Below, in pieces: positions 50,798 through 61,388 of a stretch of DNA of 64,000 nucleotides. Source of the DNA: Octopus sinensis (Eukaryota). The notes beneath the pieces are model-generated. The model saw only the letters and a list, made by a program, of their open reading frames with translations. It ran no database searches and was not told the DNA's origin. The DNA is taken from assembly GCF_006345805.1 (NCBI RefSeq), contig NC_043023.1:372001-436000 (forward strand), read 5' to 3'. The translations under genes and the position numbers were made by a program. How positions within the stretch are numbered: the first letter of the stretch is position 1; every line of letters starts with the position of its first letter.

Positions 50798-50987
50798 ATA
50801 AGGGTTCAGCAACGAATTGCCTTACCACATACCGAATTTAGAATAGCAGTCAAAGGGTTATAGCTATTCTTCTACTAAAAAGGGAGATCTCAGTAGATCT
50901 CCCTTTTTAGTAGAAGAAATAGCTAACCCTTTGCTGCTATTCTAAATTCGGTATATGTGGTAAGGCAATTCGTTGCTGAACCCTTAT
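50798..50987. repeat. Near-perfect 190-bp palindrome (93-bp arms, 4-nt loop CAGT)
   Basis: Arms 50798-50890 and 50895-50987 differ only by four 1-2-nt indels, with no substitutions. Confidence 0.95.
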
Positions 50988-51109
50988 GCATTAGTATTAC
51001 TTAAATTTTCCTCAAATGAGGCTTTTACATGCCGAAGACTACTTGGTGTAATTGATAATTATTCCAATTAATTAATTTCACCCTTCATTATATATATATA
51101 TATATATAT

Positions 51110-51385
51110 ATATTCTTTTAGAGCCTGGTGCATATTCTATCGGCGTCTATTTTGCAGAAACGCTGGGTGAGAGGCACCTAACACCCGTTGATGGTAATGG
51201 TGGGCACACACATATATCTCCAATGGGCTTCTTTCAGTTTCCGCCTACCAAATCCACTCACAAAAGTTTAGTCGGCCCAAGGCTGTATAGTAAAATACAC
51301 TTGGCCAAGATGTCCTGCAGTGGGACTGAACCCGGAACCATGTGGTTAGAAAACAAACTTCTTAACACACAGCTATGCCTGCGCC
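51110..51385 (-). mobile_element. SINE family A, partial
   Basis: 'gggcttctttcagtttccgcctaccaaatccactcac..cagtgggactgaacccggaaccatg'. Confidence 0.8.
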
Positions 51386-51415
51386 CATATATATCTATAT
51401 ATTTTAGAAGTAACT

Positions 51416-51509
51416 GAGTGACTCAACGTCTGAGAGTTTCGTGCGTTGACACTATCAAAAAGTTTGATAAGTGCCAACACACGAAACTCTCGGACCTTGA
51501 GTCACTCTT
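51416..51509. ncRNA. Head-to-head pair of hammerhead motifs forming a 44-bp hairpin; + copy has a U3-A8 core
   Basis: + strand: TTGATAA 51464-51470, GTG/CAC stem II, GAAA 51483-51486, CTC/GAG stem III, GTC 51501-51503, 5-of-6-bp stem I; the - strand copy is the same motif lacking one core A. Confidence 0.65.
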
Positions 51510-51575
51510 CTGCTAAATATTAATAAAAATATACATATATTTGAGTTCTATTTTTCCTGTTTTCATCAACATACC

Positions 51576-51623
<48 letters not shown>

Positions 51624-51628
<5 letters not shown>

Positions 51629-51910
51629 CCCAGTTGTTACGGCAGCGGACTCGCGGTCGTAGGATCGCGGTTTCGATTCCCAGACCGGCATTGTGAGTGT
51701 TTATCGAGCGAAAACACCTAAAAGCTCCACGAGGCTCCGGCAGGGGGTGGTGGCGATCCCTGCTGTACTCTTCCGCCACAACTTTCTCTCACTCTTTCTT
51801 CTGTTGGCCTGCTCGCTTGGCCAGCGGGGGGCGTCATTTGAAGGCTAAAACAATGCGAAGCGCATTGTGACCAGCGATGTGTAGCAACATCTGAGAGCGT
51901 GATCACGGTG

Positions 51911-51912
<2 letters not shown>
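51624..51912 (+). mobile_element. SINE family D, near full length
   Basis: 'ggcagcggactcgcggtcgtaggatcgcggtttcgattcccagaccgg..aaagctccacgaggctccggcagggg..gaaggctaaaacaatgcgaagcgcattgtgaccagcgatg..cacggtgat'. Confidence 0.9.
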
Positions 51913-51947
<35 letters not shown>

Positions 51948-52183
51948 TACATACATACATACACACACCCGCCGATATTTCACTGGTATAGTAGTATTTC
52001 ATCGGTTCCAAAGGCCGAAATGAAAAGTCCGTCTTCAGCCGCATTTGAACTCAGAACGCAAAGCTAGGTGTGAACTAAATATACTTCAAATCAATTTACC
52101 GAACGCAAAGCTAGGTGTGAACTAAAATATACTTCAAATCAATTTACCCGGTTCTTTATCGATTAAGCTATCCGCTTTTGCAG

Positions 52184-52249
52184 ACTTATTCATCTGCTGC
52201 TATCACGCATCGTGTACGGGTACGATCGCACATACCCGGTCAATAACCG
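52184..52249 (+). CDS. Weak candidate exon (66 nt)
   Basis: Acceptor 'ccgcttttgcag|', donor 'CCG|GTAATC'; two open frames; inside a CpG-rich unique island. Confidence 0.15.
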
Positions 52250-52648
52250 GTAATCTCTACGACAGCGTTCTTGTGTCACAGTTATGGCTTTTAAACTTAT
52301 CCGCCGCCTTCCTAACATGACCCAACCACGGCTGCAGCGTATGACTGGTACTATATCAATCAATATCACGACATGGTTGCCAGATATCCTAGAAATAGTA
52401 ACCAAATATTCCTCAAATCACGTCCTACACACACACACACACCTTACTTTCAGGTAAACCGGTAGTAAGATTAACCGGTAAGAGATAGAAGTGTGGTTCT
52501 AATCCCATGGCAGGAGTCACAGAATATTTTTTTTTCTGCCAAGTGTGTGCGTGTATGTGTGCGTGTACGGGCACAGAGTGTGTGTATGCATTTATAAATA
52601 CATATATATATATGTACATAATGAGCGTCTATATTTTCTTGTCAAATC

Positions 52649-52681
<33 letters not shown>

Positions 52682-52707
52682 AATTTCTTTGCTAATCTGT
52701 ATTATGA

Positions 52708-52750
52708 AAATTGTCTGACGATCGGTTAGGTGAAACCGAGTAACCAGTTT
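52708..52750 (+). ncRNA. Decayed minimal hammerhead relic
   Basis: CTGACGA 52715-52721; GAAA 52732-52735; C-CGA-G; GTA; partial stem I aaattgt/accagttt; stem II does not pair. Confidence 0.3.
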
Positions 52751-53028
52751 GTGAGTCTTTTTTCTGCTTTAGTAACATAGTAGATAAGGTTTAGGGTTGG
52801 CAGTTGGAAGAAAGGAGTTCTCAATAACAGATTAGGGATTGATAATATAATTTTGTCTTATGCTTCTCCGGGGTTTTACCTGTAGAAGAACAGGGTCTTC
52901 ACGCAAGTTACGATAACTTTTTTAGTCAAACATTTAAAATTTCCAACACACACGCATATTTAAGATAACCACATATATACATATCCCCCCAAAAATATAA
53001 AAAGATTACCACAAAGAACGAATATATA

Positions 53029-53220
53029 CAAAGGGGTGCTGAAAATTCCCTAGGCTTAAGGGTATCACGAAAGGGCTGGCTGGAGGCCCAGCCTTCCCAG
53101 TACTTTCACAGGGCTTGAGTGAATCTGAGAGGGGAATGAATATATTGAATAAAATCATAATTAACTGATCCTCCAGTATTTTCTTTTACCCAAAACTAGG
53201 AACTTTTCATCACTCCCTCG
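53029..53220 (+). mobile_element. Mariner-type MITE
   Basis: TA at 53027-53028 and 53221-53222; TIRs 'caaaggggtgctgaaaattccctag' and 'ctaggaacttttcatcactccctcg'; internal 'gtgaatctgagagggga..tatattgaataa' resembles a transposase C-terminus. Confidence 0.8.
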
Positions 53221-53303
53221 TATATATTTATATAAACATATCTAATATATTTTAAAAGTATATACAAGCAAAGAAAGATTATATGTATGTATTTTACACT
53301 TAC

Positions 53304-53417
53304 CTGAATGTATAAAAATCCACAAAATAAGAAGGTAAAAAATAATATTCCCGTGTAATAGTTCCATTTTCTGGTTTTGAAATACCATAATTTAAAAAAA
53401 TCCTAAAGTTTGTACAC
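53304..53417 (-). CDS. Candidate exon (114 nt), possibly carrying a start codon and signal peptide
   Basis: Long pyrimidine tract 'gtttctatttttctttcttctctgccag|G'; donor 'CAG|GTAAGTG'; ATG at 53367 (AAAATGG) gives MELLHGNIIFYLLILWIFIHS then phase 1; an alternative phase 2-2 frame (CTNFRIFLNYGISKPENGTITREYYFLPSYFVDFYTFR) is also open. Confidence 0.5.
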
Positions 53418-53914
53418 CTGGCAGAGAAGAAAGAAAAATAGAAACGATGGTTATTATTATTATTATTACTACAACTAACATTATTATATATAACAAAAAT
53501 CGACACAGCATACTATACTATAGATAGACAGACAGATAGATAGATAGATAAATAGATAGATAGATAAATAGATAGATAGAATTACTATGTGTGTGTGTGT
53601 TTTGTAATATAATTTATAAGAAATTATAACAATTTGTATGCATCAACACAACACACACACACCATATATATATATATATATAATATATATATATATAATA
53701 ATATATATATATATATATACACACACACAACTGAAGGCAATTTCTTTTCTTTTTTCATATTTTCTTCGACTACAAACTTTTACCATTTTTCGAAGTTGCT
53801 CCAGTTGAAGAAATGGGAGAGCGCACGTATGTGTGTGTGTGCGTGCGTGCGTGTGTATATAACATATATAGGGGTGTGTGTCTGTATATAAACTTCATGT
53901 CACACACAAAACAC

Positions 53915-53960
<46 letters not shown>

Positions 53961-54249
53961 GTGTGTGCGTGTATAAAATCCAACGACGTTTTCTTTTTAA
54001 TTTTATATGCATATATACAATACATTTATACGTGTGAATATACATACATGCATGTATATATATACGTACCTGTATACGTACTGCTCTCTCCCTCTCTAAA
54101 ATAGATTCGATCAACGAAAAGGCATACTAGCAGAGAGAGAGAGAGAGAGAACTATATATGTGTGTGTGTGTGCGTGTATGTATATGTATATATATGTATA
54201 TATATATATATATATAATATGTGTATATATATAATTTTATACACCCAGC

Positions 54250-54520
54250 TGTGTGGTAATAATCTCTTGGATTAAACGTTAAGTGACTGGATAAAGAAGT
54301 TGGCGATGGCAATTCTTGGAGAGAAAGAAAAGAATTGGTTTTAAAAAGTTCCGACGAAGCTTTCTGCTTTTTCCTTCCACCGCAAAAACACAATTAGAGA
54401 TTCGCAAACTGCTTGCTTGTAGTTTGCACGACCAACAGATTGCTACAAACGTCAGGCGCAGCTATGCAAAGCAGGCGCTAGGAGTTCGCGTCGCAGCTTG
54501 TCGCTTCGCGTTCATTTTTT
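54250..54520 (-). promoter_or_regulatory. CpG-rich unique island, possible promoter/first exon for the 53417 exon
   Basis: Locally dense CG dinucleotides, non-repetitive, ~0.9 kb upstream of the candidate ATG exon; position-based inference only. Confidence 0.2.
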
Positions 54521-54534
54521 TTTCTTTTTATATT

Positions 54535-54748
54535 CTTTTATCTTTTACTTGTTCCAGTCATTGAATTGCGGTCACGCTGGAGCACCGCTTTGAAGGGTTC
54601 CATTTGAACACAATTTGATCTAAATTTTTATATTCTCTCTTTTTTAAATTTAGTACTTATTCTATCGGTGACTTTTGGCGAAGTTACGGATACGTAATTC
54701 GAACCAATAACGGTTGTCTGACGGGGGTGGGGTGAGGGGAAAAACACA

Positions 54749-54834
<86 letters not shown>

Positions 54835-54968
54835 TCCCTTACTTTCCAACTATCAAATTCACTCACAAGGGTTTAGTCAGCCTTGCCCAAGGTGGCACGC
54901 AGTGGGACTGAACTCGAGACGAAAGTGGTAGCGTTGTAAAGCGAACTTCTTAACCACACAGCCACGCC
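54535..54968 (-). mobile_element. SINE family A, diverged full copy
   Basis: Reverse tail at 54535-54740, reverse head at 54830-54968. Confidence 0.8.
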
Positions 54969-55084
54969 TGGCAAATATATATTGGTTTGTCATTAGATTG
55001 TGGTGACCATACTGGAGCACTGCTTTGTCTTAAATTACTATTAGTAAAATAGCGAGCATCGGAAGAATAGTTTTGCTACTTATT

Positions 55085-55590
55085 AAGTTCTGAGTTCAAA
55101 CTTCACCGAGGTTAATTTTGCCTTTGATCCCTCCAGGGTCGCTAAACGTCCCAGTCAAATACTCAGATCGAAGTATCATTATTATCAAAGTTAGTGCGTC
55201 GGACAAAATGCTTAAGGCGGGCAAGCTGACTGAATCGTTAGCACGCCGGGCGAAATGCTTTGTGGTATTTCGTCCGCCGCTGCGTTCGGAGTTCAAATTC
55301 CACTGAGGTCGACTTAGCCTTTCATCCTTTCAGGGTCGATAAATTAAGTACCAGTGACGCACTGAGTTCGATGTAATCGACTTAATCCGTTTGTCTGTAC
55401 TTGTTTGTCCCCTCTATGTTTAGCCCCTTGTGAGTAGTAAAGAAATAGGTATTTTTCCGACTTTATGCTCTAAGTTCAAATCCTCTTGTGGTCGACTTTG
55501 CCCTTCATTCTCACGGGGTCGATAAATAAAGTACCAATCAAATACTGGAGGGTCGATGTAATCGACTTGCCTTTCCCCTCAAAACTACGG
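55085..55590 (+). mobile_element. Cluster of SINE family B copies (one near full at ~55210-55450)
   Basis: 'gagttcaaattccactgaggtcgacttagcctttcatccttt..gtagtaaagaaatagg'. Confidence 0.85.
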
Positions 55591-55879
55591 TTTGTGTTCT
55601 TTTTTTTTAGTCAATCGGACCCACTCCTTCGCCAGGATCTCTCTTTCCATTTGGCTGTTTAGTTTATCGATCTCTTAGTCATCGAACGACTGACTAAGAC
55701 AAGTCACTTTCCGGCATAAAGAGGCACATTGCGATACACTTCAGTGATTATAAACATGCACATACATATACATGTGTGTGTGTGTGTTTATTTTAAGGTT
55801 TCGTTAACGCATAGCGATACTAATAACTAGGTCAGGAGTTCGATTCCTCTCAGCTGCCAAAAAGGAGTAGTATCTGTTA

Positions 55880-56040
55880 TTCAAGGGGTCAGCCTTCACA
55901 CATTCTGTGCCCTGCAGAATATTTTTAAGAAGTTCATTATGGGTACGCATGTCCGTGAAGTGTTCGGTCACTTGCACATTAATTTGATGAGCAGGTTATT
56001 CCGTTGATCGGATCACCAGAAACCCTCGTCACCGTATGCT
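55880..56040 (-). mobile_element. Family F repeat fragment
   Basis: 'gggtacgcatgtccgtgaagtgttcggtcacttgcacattaattt..ccgttgatcggatca'; related copies at 945-1030, 38125-38275 and 56655-56780. Confidence 0.65.
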
Positions 56041-56079
56041 TCAGATTAAAGAGTCTGTTGGGTACCGAGCTTAATATGA

Positions 56080-56253
56080 AATTAAATAAATGACAGGGGA
56101 ACAAGAAATTATGTAATGAACTTCAGTGGCTTACAGCTGTTTCTGCTATGAGATGCAATGCACTCAGAGTTAGTGCGTGTGTATCATCTTAAAGCTTCCC
56201 CGGAACTTCCAAAATGAAGTTCATTGCATAATTTCTTGTTCATTGATTTAATT
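56080..56253. mobile_element. Small inverted-repeat element enclosing a hammerhead relic (-)
   Basis: IR 56101-56125 / 56215-56239 (24 of 25 match); reverse GAAA-CAGCTG-TA at 56132-56143. Confidence 0.5.
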
Positions 56254-56264
56254 ATATTTTTACC

Positions 56265-56435
56265 TTTTATTTGTTTCAATCTGCGGCCATGCTTGGACAC
56301 CGCCTGGAAGGGTGTTTTTGGTCGAACAAACGAACCCCAGAACTTTTTTAAGGTCTAGTACTTATTCTATCGGTCTCTTTTGCGGAACCGCTACGTTACG
56401 GGCAAGTAAACACCAGTTGTTAAGCACGCATACGC

Positions 56436-56511
<76 letters not shown>

Positions 56512-56645
56512 TACACACACACACACACACAACGAATTTCCTTCAATTTCAAAGTATCAAATTCACTTGCTGAAGGTGCCACACAGTGGGACTGAACCTG
56601 GAACCACTTGGTTGGGAAATGAGTTTCTTACCACACAGCACACCT
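56265..56645 (-). mobile_element. SINE family A, diverged
   Basis: Reverse tail, (TA)n spacer and reverse head. Confidence 0.8.
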
Positions 56646-56869
56646 GTGGGTTTCCGTCATACAACGATGAGGACTAAGATGTTCAATCAAGTGAATAACC
56701 GACCTGCTCTGGAATTAACATGTAAGTGGCTGAGTATTCCTCAGGCACTGTGTCCTTCTTCATTCAGACTAGACAAAGCTACCAATATATATATATATAT
56801 ATATATATATAACAAACACACCTTATCTGGTAGGACAATATAGTTATAGATATACAAAAGCATAGATGG

Positions 56870-57245
56870 TTATGGACCGAATAGGTCTGGCCATTGGCAG
56901 GTTCTAGGAGAGCGGGGTTCTCTGCCGGTAGAACGGTCTGGAGAACCAGCGAGAGACCCTTGGACACCCACACAAAATAAGTGTCCCGTGGTTGTCTCCA
57001 GGGACTCTCCTTACAGAAGGGAGGGTCTGCTGGGACACTTCTTAAAGGCGTGGCCCATGACTTAACTTCTTTGGCCCCCGCCGCCCGAATGATATAAAAA
57101 GAACCCACGGCCTCGTGACTATCTTCTGAGATCCCTCGTAAAAAGAACGGCCCAGTGGGATGGCATCGTTCGAAAGCTAAAACGATGCAAAGTGCATTGT
57201 GACCAGCGATATACAACATCCGATAGTCTGGTCGATCACGTGATC
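56870..57245 (+). mobile_element. GC-rich segment ending in the family D tail (possible LINE 3' end)
   Basis: 57140-57245 matches the family D tail, but the upstream 270 bp is not the SINE body. Confidence 0.45.
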
Positions 57246-57999
57246 GCATGAATAGTAGCATTAATGGCGATAGTTGTTGCTTATTCCAGCTTAGACCTGA
57301 CACTTATGATCAAAAGCGTTCCTACAGTGGCCATCCTATCTTTTATTCAGACACATTGCATCTAGGACTACATTATCTAATGTACAGGGCTATAGTCGTT
57401 GTTTAGCCCCAGGTTCTTCTTGTTCCAGTAGATCTTATGATCAGAGACGTTCCAATCGTGAACGTCACTGATTATAGATAATCCTTCTGTACTTCCACAG
57501 TGTATTCTTCTGAGAGAATACAACAATAATGTGCTCTTCCTTAGTGATGGCGGATTTTAGTGACATCTCGCTGCCATTTCTAGCAGGTTGACTGAGAACA
57601 CCCAAGAGAAGTCCTCAAGGGTTTCAGAAAACTAATCGCACAAATCAAGTGAATGAGAAATCGAAAGCAGTTGACACGAGCCTTTTGGATTGGAAATGTG
57701 ACATTGCTGATCCACAGACATTGAGCAAACGTGTTTCCATAAGAGATCTTTATGGATTCTAAGATTTGCAAAATCGTAGTCGCGTAGATCACTGGGAAAG
57801 GAGAATTTGGTGTCATTAGTAATTGATTCTTTCATTCTTAAAGTCGATAATATCCATATTATCCGCTTCTCCCATTCTTGTAAAGCAGGGCTTATTTTAG
57901 CGGTCAAGATGAAAAGTGAAAGTTAATCTTTGAATTATGAAAACATAATGTGTCTTATTCAGCGGTATTTAGCAGTTACAGTATATTTGAGGTTGGGCT

Positions 58000-58460
58000 C
58001 TAACTGTTAGTTGAGCCTGAGTGTCGGCTCAAATAAGCCAAGTTGAGCTGAAATGAGTTGTCATACTTTAGAGACTTGAGCTAGCACGAGACGTTAGGAT
58101 AAGTTGAGTCACGTTGAGCTGTGGAAGCGTTGAGCCAAGCTGAAAGAGGACGTTGTGCTGAACCAAGCTAAAAAGTGACGTCGTGTTGAGAGACAAATTA
58201 AAAGATGCTGCCTTGTTGAGACGAACTGAGATGACAACGTGTTAAGTCGAGCTTAAATGTGACAAGCTGAGCTGAGTCTATGTTGAGCCGGGTAGAGATG
58301 ACGCCGTGCTGAACAGAACTAAAAGATGGCGTTGTGTTGAGCCGAGTTGAAGATAAAGTCGTGTTCAGTCGGGATTAGTGAAGCTAAATGAATTGAGTTG
58401 ATCTGATCCGTGATGAAACCAGCTAATATGAGCAGAATTAAGTTGAGCCGAGGTTATGAG
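58000..58460. repeat. Degenerate ~26-30-bp minisatellite (tgttgagccgagctgaagatgacgtcg-like)
   Basis: About nine recognisable units between 58128 and 58375. Confidence 0.75.
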
Positions 58461-58589
58461 GTTAGTTGGGATGAATCAAATTAATATGGATTAAGATAAA
58501 CGGAGATTAACGCAGGCTTAGTTTTGAAAGCCACAATGATTGGAACAGAACATAGAGCGGAAGGGCAGTTTGCCAAATCTATTCTAGTT

Positions 58590-58722
58590 TTCAGTGGTGT
58601 GGCGAAGTGATTCTATTGGCAGCCACGAGATTTAAGGTTCGATCCCACTGCGTGACGTGACACTGTGTGTGTGTGTGTACGTCCGCCGGCGAAACAAATA
58701 GTTGCAATGAATAGAAAATGTA

Positions 58723-58785
<63 letters not shown>

Positions 58786-59150
58786 GTGTGTGTGTGTGTT
58801 GAAACCTCGATTTACGAATTCGTTCCTGAAGGCCGTTCATCACTCGAGACGTTTTATGCTCTAAAAATTGTTTGTAAACCGTTTGTTCGTAGCTGGAAAC
58901 TGAAAGAAGACCGTTGTGTGTGTGTGTGTGTGCGCGCGCACACACACACATATATATAAATGCGTGTGTTTATTGTGTTTGTCATTCTACCACCGACTGA
59001 CAACCGTAAACTTATCAAAAGAAACCGATAGAATAAACAGCAGGCTTAAAAACAAAATAAGCACTGAGATCGATTCATTCGACTAAAATCTTTCCAAGGC
59101 GGTGCCCCAGCATGGTCGCTGCCTAATGCCTGAAACAAGTAATAGATAAA
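58590..59150 (+). mobile_element. SINE family A, diverged, with inserted material
   Basis: 'ggttcgatcccactgcgtg', 'gaaactgaaagaagaccg', 'ggcggtgccccagcatgg..ctgaaacaagt'. Confidence 0.7.
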
Positions 59151-59696
59151 AGAAAAGGTGTGTAATGCTTGGATTGATTTAATCTAGGGATAAAGTCAGT
59201 CCAAGAATAACAAAAGAAAACTACATCCAAGCATCTTAGATGTTCGATTATACATGTAGGATTTCGATAAAACTAAAATCAGTAAAAAGGATCGAAACGT
59301 CGATGATACTAGGAGAGGATGAGGGGAGAAATAATCTATCCTTTTAGGGATAGAGCGCTAGACGTTGTTTAAATCACGAGAAAATAAACACGCATGTGCG
59401 TGTGTGTATTTGCAAAGACAGTGTGTGTGTGTGTGCGTGTGTGTGAATTTGCATGGATAGTGTGTGTGCGTATACCAGTACACTGTTAAGACACAGTGTA
59501 TACTGGTAGTGTGTATGTCTATCGTTAGCGTAGCGTGTTTTCGTGGTGTGCGTATGTATGTATGCGTCAGTGTGTGCATGTGTTTGTATATATTTCATTA
59601 GAGTGTTTTCTGGGTGTGCGTGTTTGTGTATATGTGTATCACTAGTGTGTGTGTGTGTGTGTGTGTGTGCATGTACTGTATGTAATATATGTACAT

Positions 59697-59922
59697 ATTT
59701 CTTTATTACCCACAAGGGGCTGAACACAGAGGGGACAAACAAGGACAGACAAACGGATTAAGTCGATTACATCGACCCCAGTGCGTAACTGGTACTTATT
59801 TAATCGACCCCGAAAGGATGAAAGGCAAAGTCGACCTCGGCGGAATTTGAACTCAGAACGTAACGGCAGACGAAATACGGCTACGCATTTCGCCCGGCGT
59901 GCTAACGATTCTGCCAGCTCGC
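59697..59922 (-). mobile_element. SINE family B, full length
   Basis: Reverse complement of the 60413 copy, about nine-tenths identical by eye. Confidence 0.92.
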
Positions 59923-60412
59923 CGCAGGTGTATGTGTGAATGTGCATGCGTGTATGTGCATATGTGTGCATCCGCGTGTGTGCATGTGTGCACCCACGAC
60001 GCTATACATTATATAAACAACGAGAAAAATTACGTACGTGTGTATTTGCATAATGTGTGTGTGTACGTATAGCATTAACGTGTTTGTTTAGTGTGTGTGT
60101 GTGTGTATGTACGTGTATCACTGTGTGTGTGTACCTGTACATTGTTATACACACATTATACAGTGTGTACACGTAGCGTAACGGTGTGTGTATGTGCGAG
60201 CGTAATGCGTGTGTATAAGTAGTGTAATATATGTACAGGTATATGTGTGTGTGTGTGTCCATGCGTTCGAGCGTGCATGTGTGTGCATGCGAGTGCGTGT
60301 GTATGTGTCCACTATTAGTTGTTTGCGTGATGTATGTGAATTCATGTAGTGTGTGAATGTGTGTGTTAATATACACGTCTAAGTGTAGCGTGTTTGCGTG
60401 TCGGGAGTGTGT

Positions 60413-60639
60413 GGAGCTGGCAGAATCGTTAGCACGCCGGGCGAAATGCGTAGTCGTATTTCGTCTGTCGTTACGTTGTGAGTTCAAATTCTGCCGAGGT
60501 CGACTTTGCCTTTCATCCTTTCGGGGTCGATAAATTAAGTACCAGTTACGCACTGAGGTCGATATAATCGACTTCATACCTATGTCTGTCTTTGTTTGTC
60601 CCCTCTATGTTTAGCCCCTTGTAGGTAGTAAAGAAATAG
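60413..60639 (+). mobile_element. SINE family B, full length
   Basis: 'ggagctggcagaatcgttagcacgccgggcg..gagttcaaattc..gcctttcatcctttcggggtcgataaattaagtaccag..gtaaagaaatag'; the central block recalls the Meta-type SINE domain (unverified). Confidence 0.92.
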
Positions 60640-61151
60640 GTATGTGTGATAGAAGTAGCGTATTTGCGTGTATACCTGTAGGGTGTGTGTACGCATTTCG
60701 GGATAAGTGTGTGTGTGTATGTGTATATATGTTTGTGTGTCTACAACGTATCTGTGGTGTGTGTATGTGTGGTGTATGTATGTGCATGTGTGTATGCGCA
60801 TCGATAATACGTATACTTGTGTACTTACGCAACATGTATGCGTGGTAGGTGTGTGTCTAAATCAGCAATATATCTTTCTGTGTGTATTTGCATGTGTGTG
60901 TACGTGCGCGTGTTGGAAGTGTGTATGTGTCTGCGTGTGCGCGCACAGAAAGTGTATATTATAAGTGCATGTCGCGCGCGCGTGTGTATGTGGATGTGCG
61001 TGCATACCGAATACGTGTGTGTATGCATATTTACTGAGTAGAGAGAGAGATTGTGTGTGTGTACATATAGGGACATAACCGTGTAGTTAACCCTTTCGGC
61101 ACAGCTGGTACATATTTGTACCAGTCAAAAATTTTACAACCTATGTGCTAC

Positions 61152-61317
61152 ATAGGCGCAGGAGTGGCTGTGTGGTAAGTAGCTTGCTAACCAACCACAT
61201 GGTTCCGGGTTCAGTCCCACTGCGTGGCATCTTGGGCAAGTGTCTTCTACTATAGCCTCGGGCTGACCAAAGCCTTGTGAGTGGATTTGGTAGACGGAAA
61301 CTGAAAGAAGCCTGTCG

Positions 61318-61388
<71 letters not shown>

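Noticed and set aside
52052-52150. ~48-bp direct duplication 'gaacgcaaagctaggtgtgaactaaa..tcaatttacc'
   Set aside because: Simple local slippage within a decayed SINE head; no further structure.
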